Source: Sphagnum compactum
Taxonomy: Eukaryota
Direction of reading: 5' to 3'
DNA length: 64,000 nucleotides
NCBI GenBank assembly: GCA_965153455.1
Contig: OZ234493.1
Coordinates: 7,678,213-7,742,212, forward strand
Position numbers and translations under genes: made by a program. Shown here in pieces: positions 51,254 to 64,000 of the stretch; the first letter of the stretch is position 1; every line of letters begins with the position of its first letter. The notes below the pieces were generated by a model. The model saw nothing but the letters and a program-made list of their open reading frames with translations, had not been told where the DNA came from and ran no database searches.

Positions 51254-54199
51254 AGTAAGAAATTCATCATTTCTTGCAACTGTAGAAGCAACCATTGCCC
51301 ACACCACACTCGATTATAACATGAACAAGAGACTTAGTGTAAGAACAATTTTCCAATTTTAAGATTGTTGCTAAACAATGGTTTGAAGTATGTGCAACTC
51401 ATTGAAAGTATACATGATTGAAGGTTTGAATCATTAAGAACGTTAATTAACATTGGCTTGAAATATATGCAAGTTAAGATCTAAGCTTAAAGTACTATAA
51501 TGACGAAGTTTTTGGTTTGGTTTTAATACATGAAGACACACCAACATTGAATTATTGTATAATGCTCCATTATTTGTTGTGTTTTTTGACATGGGAATGA
51601 AACAATTTATGATATTATGAACAATTCACTATTGCAGAAACATGTGGATTCAAGAGGGCCAAAAAAATTGAAGTCCAAGGAGTGGAAGATGGATTTTATG
51701 GCACTTGGTTTCTTGTGACATTTTTTAAAAGATTTTTAGAGAAATGTTTGTGAGATACGATGAATTTGTCAATGAAAAGGAGAACTCAAAAACATTTACA
51801 TGAAATGGTACAAATTTCACAACTTCGACCAAATTTTCCAAATATAAACAATAAGTCATGGGTCAATAATGATGCAGTTGAAGTCTATGAATTCAATTAT
51901 TGGTGGGTTAGAAATATTATAAGGTGCCTACCTTGTGAAACCAAATATGTTGTATATTTCCTTGAAAGTTCACAAGAAATGCAAATTGATGCATCATGCA
52001 TATGTATTTGTCAAAATTGGGTGTAATTAAACAATGTGTGTGATTTTACTTGGCAACTACACATCATTGGCATGGTATGCATTATATTTCATTCAACTTC
52101 ATTCATTTTTTATGAAGTTTGATTTGCAATATGTTTGAAAAAACATTCATTAATGAAAAATATATTGATGGTTATTGTGTGCACCTGAAGATTCAAAGGT
52201 TACAAAAACAAAATCAAGTTCAAAACAACCCAAAAAAAAGATGGAGTGATTAATAAAAAGTTTCATAGATTGCAACATGAAGGTGTATCTAAAATTTTTA
52301 ATTGCACTACATGTTGAGAAAAATATTTAAACCAAAGTAGAACACTTTCTGTTAATGGATGTTTGTAAAATCTTTAGTATCAATGAGTATTCAAGTCAAA
52401 TCGCTTATTAAAAAAAATGTTCAAACATGATTAAGATGCTATAATTTGGTATAAAACTTGTTACAAAATAAATAAAGTTGGAAAAACAATGTATTATTTT
52501 CAAAATCATTGTAAATTTCACCAATTTCTATATGTTTGAAAATGTTGATGTTTGAACTTGTCAACAAAGTTTGAATCATTACAATTTATTCGTACCTTTT
52601 TTGCTTTCTTTGCCATTGGATATTGTCCTAGATGCCATAGGCACCACATATGTTTATGCTTCATAACAACATATGGCATTAACTTTAGAATGGCAAATTT
52701 GACGAATTTTTTTTCATTTTCTGAATTTGTAAAAGCGATGATTTTTTAATGTTGAAAAACATGATTTTTTAATTGTTTCTGCAAAAAAATTGTGAAAGTT
52801 TTTACAAAAATTGTCACAAATGTGTCAATTTTTTTCATTTCACAAAAACATCAATTTTTTTGTTGCAAAAGAATTTTATATTGCAAAGATATACATTTTT
52901 CAACTTCTCTTCTCAAATTTTGCTAAATAGAAAATGTTTGCCACAATTTTTTTGATTTCACAAAAGTGGAAAAAAATTCTTGGAATTTTTTTTTTCAAAC
53001 TAAAAAAAGAATGTTTCACCAATTTTTTTTGTAAAATAAAAAATTAACAAAAAAACATCCCAAGAAAGAAAAAACAAATGCATTACTCGACATTCAAAAA
53101 TAAAAAACTTTTCACCAAAAGCCTACTACCCCTATAGTTAAGGGCGAACCCTATGCCAGTCATTTCAATAATTTTAAGCCACAATAGGTTGTAGTTGTCT
53201 AGCTTTCAAGTGATAGTAGATAATTGGTCGTAACAATATGGGAATTCAATACAATTATCCATAAAGTAAAGGAAACACATCACTAGAACCTTGAATTTCA
53301 TCATGCACGAGGTTAGATTAAAAAAACCTACAAAAAAACACATTAGCATCCAAGGGGGCAAGGGTGAAACTTAAAAAGCCATAAATTTTGGTGATTAACT
53401 GAGTTTCATCCTATTTTTCCTTTTTCTTAAGCGCCTCCATTGCTACTACATATATTTTCATTGCTCCTACCTATATAACTATTATAATTACTCTCAAACC
53501 TCGTGCATTAAATGCTGAATATTAACATCTCAATATTTCCTATGCAATTTGTGCTTTGCATGATCATGTGATCAACACCCAATTTCAACATCGACTTCAT
53601 TGCAAATAAATAATATGTGATCATTTTGGTTTATGAACTTTAGTAGAATTTCATAATCTTCATTGCATTACAACACGGTTGTTTGCATGCATTTCAAATA
53701 ATAAAAAATAACTTGTTTTCCTTTTGTGTCAAATTTCTTGGTGTGTTTAAGGTTTGTGAGAAAGGACATTATTGGAACAAATTCTAAAAGAAAAAAAAAA
53801 TGTTCCTCCCTAGATTTAGGGTTTCAAACATATTATCATTACCACATTGCTATTGGTGAAATTGTTGTTGCAAACTTTTTCTCCTTTTCAAATGTGCAAT
53901 TGGATGTTTATTATAATGATGAAATGATGCATTGAAAAGAAATGTCAAATGTGCAAGAAATTCACAATCCAATTTTTTTATGTGGGATTTTTTATGCCTT
54001 ATGCTTAGATGTTTGCTTGCACATGGGGGCAAGCTAAATTTCTATTTTTCCTTCATAAAACATCTTGTTCACACTTTTTTTGATTTGTGTTGTATTTTAA
54101 GTTGAAAGCTTGATTATCAACCTGTCTTTGCTTCTTCCTAACCAAGAAAATAAAGTTTAGAATTGAGCATGCGATCTAAGACCAACGTGTGTGACAAAA

Positions 54200-56650
54200 T
54201 TAGGAAATAATGCTTGGAATATGATCAAACGCGGAGTTTAAAAAATGAATTAAATGAAAAATGGAGAACAAAAATTTCTTCTTTTTTTCACAAAATGCAA
54301 TATTGTGCCATTGTGCAGAGTTGTGAAACTTTTTAACAAATTTAAACATTACAAAACCTTGCGTAATATGTACAGCAATGCCCCAAATGAAAAAAAAAAA
54401 AACAACTCCTATGACATGGCAAATCTTGGAATGACACCTTACACAATTTCCAATAATGTAGACATGGTGCACCTTTGCATCAATTGCCATGCCAATAAAA
54501 AAAACATCAAAACACATCTTATGTTGTGTACCAATCACCTTCATGCATGGCTGCATTACTCTCAACACAACCATTCCACATCCAACTTTTTTCTTTTCTT
54601 GACATTAGGATGCACATGGAGTCCAAGAACTAGGGCTTTACTATAGGCCAAATTGTGGAAATAAGTCTTTTAAACAACCCTTTTCTAAGTTGGGACAACA
54701 TCTTAGACCACAATTAGAACACAAATGAAATAGCTAAGTCATTGGGCCCAATATTATCATAGAATGTACACACAAATCCTTGGTTCCAAACATATATGTC
54801 CATTTTTTAACAACCCAAAAAAAAAAAAAAAACATGTGCATTCTCACATTGGACGTGGTACAAGATATCATTGAAAAACACGTTACACACAACACAACAT
54901 TCATGACCATGGACATACTAGAAACTTGACTTTTTTGTTTGACATGCATGTACAAAGAATAACAAAAAATTAAAAAGATTATTACATAATTGGTTGTGTG
55001 GAACAACATGGAATTGATGGAAAACCACAAACATCTTAAACCATGATTGTGTGAAAAACCACATTGAACTTCACAACACAAGTTATTTCCTTGGAAACAA
55101 CCTTGTTCCCATTTTTATTCCTTCATGGACATGGAGCTTATGATGGCAAATACCCTTCAAAGACGATATAAAATATTGAATGAGTCCATTATTTTCACCC
55201 TTTACATTATACAAACCATATTTGCTTTATATGTACGATCTTTGATAATCTTTACAATTAATCAAACAAACCTCAAAAACATGCCTACAAAATGACCTTA
55301 AATTTCTTTTACAAAATCCACATATGAACTGAAAAAATGCTTTGAAACAACTTGTCAAATACAATTTCCCCTCTAACATATTATAATTTTCCACACAAAA
55401 GTCAAAAGATTCATGTAATAACTATTATTATCACCACATCAACTACTTGGCCATTTTTTTTAAAAATTCATATGCTATGAAGTTCAACATTGTGGATTGT
55501 TACATGCACACATTATCCTTTGGGTCGCAAAAAATGATGTTCAATAAGTCACATATGAAATCATTGTGTTCATTCTTGCAACATTAGACGAAAACATACA
55601 TGTTTCAAGAACCCATAGACCCCATGCAAGTGACACTTTACAAAACTTCACACATGTGGAAACAAATGTAGTCACAAAACCTTTCAAAATCAATGCAAGT
55701 ATGGATTTCCTTTCAATGCACATTTAGAACACCATTCAAAATTCAACAACTACACGAATCGTTGGTAGTATTACCAACCACAACATGAAAACCATAATGT
55801 TATGCCGCACCATGCATCTTTACTTCTTTTATGGGGTGTTCATTTGAACATTTAATGCATCATTTCCTCCTATTGGTCATATTATCTTTTCAAATATGCC
55901 ATGAAATGTGAACAACACAGAGCAATTAATTTGAACAAAAGAAATGCAAAACGTTTAGGTTTAAAAGATGTATCAAACACATAATTATAATTCATTTCTT
56001 TTCTTATCATTAACAAACCTATATTTCCAGCAAAAGCTACATTCACATGTCCACAAATACTTGTGGTTAAAAAAAGTAAAGTTGTAAGATTTATTGATTC
56101 AAAACCTCTTCAAATGTGTAAAAAACTAATCACAAAGTCAAGAATTTTTAAGTTTCATCCCATTGATGTATACAAAAATCAACCTTCACATTTTGAAAAC
56201 ATGACTTTCATTTAGTACTTTACAAAATTTGAATATAACAAAATGCAACATCCATTTTCACAACATTGCCATGATCAAGATAACTTAGGAAATTTCATTT
56301 ACATGACCAACAAATTAACAAGATTCACAAATTTCCATCCCGCACATAACACTAAATAATGTTTTTACAACATATTATTACGAAAAATAACATTTCGAAA
56401 TGAAACCGAATTATTATCCACATCAAATTAAAAAAATAGCTACGTACAAGAATGTCACATTCGCAGCCTTTTTTTTATCAGAATCAAATACCATTTGAAC
56501 ATTTTTGATGAAATAAGCACATAAAAACCTCTTAGAAATTGAAAAACAATCACAACTGCTTCAATAAACATTGCATTAACTTTTAAACACTTTGATTAAA
56601 TTAACAAAGAAATTGATTTTCACACAACTCTTGGATTAACCAAAACTTCA
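54200..56650 (+). mobile_element. Degenerate Helitron RepHel (Rep/HUH endonuclease region and linker; no helicase seen)
   Basis: 'TLFPFLFLHGHGAYDG' (about 55095-55150). HUH motif 'YEVQHCGLLHAHIILW' (55476-55523). Motif 3 'YYLFKYAMKCE' (about 55880-55912). Linker 'VYKNQPSHFENMTFI*YF' and 'CFYNILLRKITFRNETELL' (about 56170-56420). Many stops. Confidence 0.85.
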
Positions 56651-57496
56651 GTTTTACAAATTACATTGGAAGGCTTAGGCAATATGGAGAATAAAGATTC
56701 ACATCAAAGATTCCAAATATCCATCAAAAATCAAAGTCAACATTTTGCCTACCACTAAAACCATAGGTACATCATATTCGCATCACCATTATTGCCTTTC
56801 TCTAGCTAGTAGATTCATTCTAAACAACAATTTACACAAATGTCTTATTCAACTCATGGCTTTTTGCTCGCCCGTATTTAGGAAAAGGTCCATTTGTAAT
56901 AAGCCAATTGCAACTAATATCAAATTTTCCTTAATCTCCACATATTACATGTTTTTACAAGACCAAAAACAAAAAGCTCCAAACCTATTGCAACTTCATC
57001 CAAAGTATAATGTCCAAGCAATTCTACTCTATTTTGCATGGAACTATTATAACTAGTGTTGCTAGAATTTAAATTGGCCATGACCTTGCAATTATTAAAA
57101 GCATGTAGAGTTCGTTCCTTCATTTCCTCTCAATTATTTTTGATTTCCTTCCTTGTCGCCACCACTTCAAGTGCATTTCTTTTAATATGTGTCTTCTATC
57201 GGAAAACTTCATGTCACATTTTCCATTTTACATCTCCTTACTTAGTTGATCTCAACTTTCAAATGAAATCAATGATTTATCCCTAAACATGTTTCTTCAT
57301 ATTATCCATAGAAAATAAAGTGTTTCTTTTTCACTTTTGTATTTTTCTTTATTTGGATGCAAGTTTGAAGTTTGGAGAACGAAGACACACCTCATTCTTT
57401 TTCAAGTAGGGTTTTTCTTCATTATTATAAGTTTTATTTTTTCTTATTTTCTACTCTTTATTTGGTTTCTTCTTTTTTGTAATTTTTTGTCTTTTA

Positions 57497-57637
57497 ACTA
57501 GTTTGAACCCCGTGCCTAATGCACAGGTGTGTTATTTCAACAATGTTTGGTTCATGTTTTAGTTTTTTTTTTAAACTTTTATCTTTTTTGTTTTGTATTT
57601 TTATGTGTTTTCTGTTTTTATTATTATTTTGTATAAT
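57497..57637 (-). mobile_element. Helitron-type 3' terminus; second copy at 43746-43870
   Basis: The minus strand reads ...CCTGTGC-attag-GCACGGG-gttcaaa-CTAG|T, i.e. a hairpin followed by CTAG before T. The same sequence occurs at 43746-43870. Confidence 0.55.
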
Positions 57638-58430
57638 GTGCCTCCCCGCACCAAGGGAGGGCCCTAGGCCTTAGTGGCTCGTTTATGGTTTAAGAAACTC
57701 CACTAGGCTATGTTGGATTTGAAGAGAAAAAGGGAAGGGGGATTATGGATGGATGGGAAAGAGCAGCAACAAACTAGGTAGTCGTGTTAGACCTACTTTC
57801 CGCGTGTCTGTTCTGTCCAGTGAATGCATGGCAAGTCAGCTTCACGCAAGTCGTTGTAGCGTCGCGTCACCGTCGTTCCGTGGAAGGAGGTAAAGTACTT
57901 AGAAGCAACGAAAGGAGAAGACGAGAGACGGAAAAAAGAAGTGCATCGTCGAGTCGTACACTAGAGGGAAGGTGTACTGGCGTATTGGAAAGCTCCTACT
58001 GCGACAGCAGCGCCGTTAGAGAGCATCCCTCAGCGGTGCTCACCGTATGTGACCCTACAAAAAAATATTTTTCACATCCAAGTTTAGTTATTTATTTTTC
58101 TTTTCTTTTTCCAACTCTACCCATCATTCCCGGGACTTCCCGTCGATGATGTGGAGCTGTTTCTTACACTGCTGACACAGCACGGAAGATTTGCAGTGTG
58201 TACTGAGAAAACAATTTCTTCTTGTAGCGTCGGTTTCGTTTGGTCAAGCAACAAAAGGAGGAGGAAGAAGAAAGCGTACTAAGGTCGGAAGCTCAGTTCT
58301 TGGTAGATCCGGTCTGGTTCTTCTCTCGCATCTCAGCTGCAAAGAGGAGGAGGAGGAGGAGGAGGCGAGGTAATCGATCGCGTCGTTGAGGACAATATTG
58401 AAGAAACGTGAGAGGAAAGAGATAGCGATC

Positions 58431-61400
58431 ATGTCTATCGATTTAGAACCCAGCAAAATTGTGAAAGGTGCAGGTGGTGCTATTCTGGAAGATGTTCCGC
58501 ACATCACAGATTGGCTTCCTGACCTTCCGGTGAGTCATTGCGTTAAGCTCTCTCAATGTGCGAGACGGCTATCATTGGCTTCTATAACTAAAGAGGAAAC
58601 GAAAGCACACGCCTCTCTTTTTTTTCGTTCCTTATTCATGCCTAGGAGACGCATCCTTCAGTTTAGTATCGCTCCTATCTGAATTGGCTTTCCGCATTGT
58701 GAGGATTGGCATTATGGATGCTTTGTCGATAGTCAATTTGCAGAGCTGAACTTGAGGGAGGAGATAGATTCGCAGCAGATCGAAGCCAAAATCTCAAGTG
58801 ATAGCGCTCCGTAGCATTGGCACAGGGTTCAATCCAGAGCTGGAAGTCCTTGTGCAGATCCTGATCTTGTGCATGACATCTTGCTAATCCATTATTGAAA
58901 CAGTCCATGTGCTATGTCGAAATGCTGAAGTTTCTTATAGCAGATGGAAATACTGCTGTGGCTCTGAAGGATTTTGTTTTGTTTGTTTGATTTGCTTGAC
59001 AATTGGCCTGAACTTGTTTGATCTGTACATATTGTGTGCAGACCTATGCAAATCCTTTGAAGTACCATCCTGCGTATGCTGCTGTGAGGTGAGCTTATCC
59101 AGTTTTATTCAACATTGTGAGAAGGGATTGACATGGTCAGAAAGATACTCTGTATGGATATATTACAAAATGGCTGGTATGGCAGAAATTTTCTTGCTTT
59201 CACTAAAAGGAAAAATGTGAAAATGATAATAACCTTGAGCAAGGCTCATTGAGGACCTTCTGCATGCTGTTGCTGTTTTAACTACCCAAGCTGAAAACCT
59301 TCAAATTTGTAATTTCTCAAAACATGTCAAGCACCTGTGTTATAAACATTGGGTTTGGTGCACAGGGCAAGTGGGGGAAATTTTAAGTGATGAAAACTGA
59401 GATTGCCATTTGATCGTATACTTTTGGGCTGGCTTTTGTGATGCAGGCAATACTTTGTGGAAGAAAATGATGTTGTTGCAAAGGATGTAAGTTTGATTAC
59501 ACACTTTCCTTGAAATCCCAACATGAGAACTGGATTTGCTGGGCCTGGTCATATATTGTGCTTCTCTGTTGGGCAGTCACATTTTCTGCTTGAACATTGA
59601 AGAGAGAGTTCAGTTCATCTCATCATGCACAAGGTTACATCATTTGATGTCTGAGACACCAACATTGTGCATGAAAGCAGACAAGGTTGAACTGATTTGG
59701 TACTAACTTTCAGTCTAGACTAAGGACAGCCATGTATGTGTAACAGGTGGTGGTCAATGTGAACCGCACTTCAGGTGCTATTTACTTTCGGCGAGCTGGA
59801 CCTCGAGATAAGGTTCTCTCCATCTCTCTCTGTCTCTCTCTCCTGGAAGATACATTTAGAACATGGGAGAATATTGGATCACATCTGTCAATGGGAGTTT
59901 CTGCCCCATCATGAGCAATGCTGTTGTAATTCCTTTTCCAGGGTGTAGAAGCTTGACTGCCTATTGCAGAGTACATACAGTCCATGCTTATATAAGTCTT
60001 TTTGTTTTCATATTAAACTCTGCTTTGCTTTGTTTCTTTTCCAATTTTGCAGATCTACTTCAAACCAGAGGATGTGAAAGCCTGCATTGTTACATGTGGG
60101 GGCCTGTGTCCTGGTTTGAACACTGTGATTCGGGAGATAGTGTGTGGGCTTTGGACCCAGTATGGTGTCCGTGAGATCTTTGGCATAATTGTATGACATT
60201 TCTAGCTAATGCTCTTCAAATTTCATGACGGCAAGCTGCACCATGGAGAATTGTCCAGCATTAGGTCTTGCGTTGCATGCATTCTAACAAGTTCCTGAAT
60301 TGGGGTAATGCATGACAGCTGGTGAGGAATTTCCATGGTCTTTAGAGGTTGCTTACTGTGGAAGATTTATTGGACCTATGAGGACTAGTTTAAAGTTAGG
60401 TGGGTACATAAGTGTGCTGCCATTAAAGTTCAGCTTGTGGGTGCAGGGAGGCTACAGAGGATTTTATTGCCGAAATACCATAGATCTTAATCCGAAATTT
60501 GTGAATGACATCCACAAGCGGGGAGGCACCATTCTGTGTACCTCACGTGGTGGTCATGAGACTTCAAAAATTGTTGACTCTATTGAAGATCGTGGGATCA
60601 ATCAGGTGAGTGATGCAGTTTCAATTCCTAATTGTCATACTAATTTCTGGAGATCTGAAAAAGATTAGTATCTAATTGTAGGACAATACCTGCCCTGCTG
60701 TCAATGTGTTATCCAGTGGTTTCACAATTCCTTGCTTTGCTGACACACTGGGTTAAATTCTCCAAGAGCTTTGTTGGCACTGTGTTCTCTCTTGTATGCA
60801 AAGTGTCTCCTTCATTGATTTGAGATGAGTGAACTTTCATTGATGAGAAAGTTATATACTCATTAGGGACTTGCTTGAATTATTGATCCCATTGAAAGAC
60901 CAAAGCATTTATCTTTTAGTAGTGTTACACAGTCAATATCTCTCATAAAAACTGTGGGCAATATGTTTTCTGCATTCACAAGTAATCAAACGTTAGGGGA
61001 GATTATTGGTCTTCAGACAGCACTGAATGAACTGGTCAAGAAACACACTATGTTTCACTTCACCAGAGAAGTAGTTGCTCAACTTACAACACTGAAATTC
61101 TCAAGAGGGACTTGGCTTTGAAGTGCTCTGTTAGGAAGTCATCACCTTGTTGATTGCTCACTGAGTGTCCAGAACTCAGATGAAGTGGAATGTGACAACT
61201 GTGAAGGTGTACATCATAGGTGGGGATGGTACTCAGAAGGGAGCTTGGGCCATTCATAAGGTATACTCTATGTCTCTTGAGATGATCCCCTCCCTCTTCT
61301 TTAATAGATCAAGGCTTGTCCCTGTATGTTATGGGAGAGATGATTGGAGCTCTGGGTGCTGACAGGCAGAGGTCATAATTTCTCCATGCTTGATTCCTGC

Positions 61401-64000
61401 TAATGCACAGTTGTAGCCAGGGCCAGGTTGCAGTCATCGACCTTTCAATGGATGTAGGCTGAGCTGTCTGAGTCATCTGAGGTAAAGCACTTCATGTCAA
61501 CTTATGATTGAGCCAGTTTTGATTGCTGATGAGATGTTGGGGTCATTTTTGAACTGTAGGAATGTGTAAAGCGAAGTTTGGAGGTGGTTGTTGCAGGCAT
61601 TCCAAAAACGATCGATAATGACATTGATGTAAGTTTACACTGTGAACCACACTCCATTTGTCATCTTGATTGCTCTCACTAACCTTTAGAGCAGCTCCAC
61701 CTGTTCTACTCTTACAAATTCCTGATAACCATTTGTGCTGAATGGTGGGGTGCCTTGATTGCAGTATTGAGCCACGCTGGTGCCACATTAGCTTGTCCAC
61801 CAGACTGATGTCTTCTAATCTTTTTATGTGAAAAGTGTTGGAACCTAGAACTGCCAGAATCCAACATTTGACTTGTCTTTCTAGCACAAGCAAGGGAGGT
61901 CTGTGCATGTGATGCTTTTTGGGTGTAAGCCTTGTTGACCATTTTCTGTGGACCCCCCTATGTTTTTGGGGGATTGTTGGTGTGCCATTTCCAAATTTCT
62001 CTGGTGTCCATGTCAATGGGCTGTGGGTAAACAGGTCATAGACAAGTCATTTGGGTTTGACACAGCAGTGGAGGAGGCTCAACGTGCAATCAATGCAGCT
62101 CATGTTGAAGCTGGGAGTGCCCAGAATGGTATTGGTCTGGTCAAGCTTATGGGTCGCTACAGTGGTATGTGAACCTCTTGTCCCTTTCTGTTCCATTCCT
62201 CTGTTATGGGTGCCTGCTGAGGCATCTTTAGACTTCTCAGAAAATCCCCTTGGCTCTTCTTCAAGTGAAACTGAATGGTTCTTTGTGATACAAAACTAAT
62301 ATGTGAGTGTTTTGTTCCAGGATATATTGCAATGTACGCCACGCTGGCAAGCCGTGATGTGGTAAGACATTTCTTATTTGGTTTCTTCTGGATATACCCA
62401 ACTACTTTTTCTTCTTTGTCATCCCCTTCTCCTTCTATGATATTTAGCAGTTCACCTCCAGGATTGTCCCCAGATCTCAGAGAGTGGACATAATGTAGTT
62501 AGTACCTACCTGTTCCGACAATGGGATACTGGAACATGCTCTTGCTGTTTCTTCTTTCAGGGTTTTCCTGGGCTTGACTGGATGTTACAGTTCTCACCCT
62601 TCTGCTAAATCAGCACAAGGAATAGTTACTGACTAGATACTGATTAGATGTTCTTGGGGATGGGTGGTGAGGATGCAGGACTTATGTTTGATCCCAGAAG
62701 TGCCTTTCTACTTGGAGGGACCAGGTGGGCTGTACGAGTTTGTAGAGCAGAGACTACATGAGAGTGGGCACATGGTGATTGTTGTGGCTGAGGGTGCTGG
62801 CCAGGAGTTAATTGCAGAGAGCATGGGTTCTCATGACAACCTTGTTGATGCGTCTGGAAACCCCTTACTTCTGGACGTTGGTCTGTGGCTCTCTCAAAAC
62901 TTGAAGGTGTGCCTGCTTTTGATTTCCATTCCACCTATTGGTGCAAGCTTCATTTGTGAAGTCTCTGCTTGTGCCATCCAGACTCACTAGATGGCTACAA
63001 TATGGCCAGTGTAGGAAGACTGTTGTCCAAGCATGCATTCCATGTGGCACCAGTTGTGCAAGGGGAGCTCACACATGAATTCTTTAGCATGCTTGATTTG
63101 CTGGAATCATTCTGTTGTTGACCACTCTGGACTGTTTCAAGAGGGAAATTTGTAACAGCATCAGAAATATGATGCAACAAAATTGTCTGAGACCGTGAAC
63201 CAGTAACTCTCCTCTCTTTCACTTGATATAGTTAGTGCCAAGAACAACTGACTGGCTAGGGGCACTCTTTTGTTGTACTGCAGAGTTACTTTGCCAAGGC
63301 TCATCCCACTTTCAAGGAGCCTCTCACTTTGAAATACATAGGTATCAGCAATGTTCATACTGTTACCTATTTTGCTTCTGTGGGTAGTAAGTAAAAGCTT
63401 GTGACATGCTGTAGAATGACAGATTCTTCTAATACATACAGATCCAACATACATGGTGAGAGCCATTCCTAGCAACGCATCTGACAATGTCTACTGCACT
63501 CTATTGGCTCATAGTGCCATCCATGGTGCAATGGCGGGCTACTGTGGTTTCACTGTGGGCCCTGTGAATAACCGCCACTGCTACATTCCTATCCCGGTAT
63601 GTGTTCAATACAGGAACACTTGTATCTTCAAGCAAAAGCCTTCAATGTCGAAATGTACTTTTGTTCTCAGCAAGCTGATCTTATTGTGTTACCAAAAAGT
63701 TTCCTGTGACCTTCCAGGCAGGTATTTGATATATTACAATCAAGGAGAACACGCATTTTCTCTCCATCTTCATCTTATTGGTTGTCTGACGGCCTGGTAC
63801 ATTTTGCAGAGAGTTGTAAGGACACAACGGCATGTGAATGTGTCTGACCGCATGTGGGCTCGTCTTCTATCTGGGACAAATCAACCTGACTTTTTGCGCT
63901 ACGAGGTAGTTATGGAGGAGAGGCGAAGAACAAAGGCCTTGAAGCAAGCTGAGAAAAAGGAGGAAAATGTGCCCGAGCAGATTTCAAAATCTCCTCCAGT
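58431..64000 (+). CDS. PFK: ATP-dependent 6-phosphofructokinase (plant PFK; 3' end beyond the window)
   Basis: Predicted exons 58431-58529, 59042-59088, 59447-59486, 59747-59812, 60053-60190 ([19 protein letters not shown]), 60447-60605 ([11 protein letters not shown]), 61207-61260 ([12 protein letters not shown]), 61560-61628 ([10 protein letters not shown]), 62035-62164 ([20 protein letters not shown]), 62321-62361, 62679-62906, 63284-63341, 63442-63596 (DPTYMVRA) and 63810->64000. GGDG rather than GGDD indicates ATP use. No transit peptide is seen, suggesting a cytosolic enzyme. Confidence 0.96.

Noticed and set aside
51550-52800. Possible MULE/SWIM transposase remnant
   Set aside because: Only a CxC-like segment (CICQNW) is visible, which is too weak to call.
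63159-63202. Extra PFK exon (CAG|CATCAG...CA|GTAAC)
   Set aside because: Its 44-nt length would shift the frame, and the conserved protein is continuous without it.

Overview
Eukaryotic, intron-rich land-plant genomic DNA, most likely a bryophyte; peat moss (Sphagnum-like) is my guess from gene style and repeat content, not something I can prove. Six protein-coding genes can be modelled: a MIKC*-type MADS-box transcription factor (+), alpha-tubulin (-), a P-class PPR protein (+), V-ATPase subunit D (-), protein L-isoaspartate O-methyltransferase (+) and an ATP-dependent phosphofructokinase (+, running off the right edge). The AT-rich intervals hold heavily decayed transposon fossils: hAT, pogo/DDE_1, a Helitron Rep, MITE-like foldbacks and Helitron-type 3' ends. 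There is also an intron-retaining 3' fragment of a mitochondrial-type chaperonin-60. The most striking item does not show up as an intact ORF. At about 39.85-42.5 kb on the minus strand, a degenerate Ty3/gypsy pol carries a DNMT3-like cytosine-5 DNA methyltransferase domain between the protease and the reverse transcriptase. All fossil translations were done by eye through stops and frameshifts. Exon boundaries are predictions from GT/AG sites and protein similarity, with no transcript evidence.
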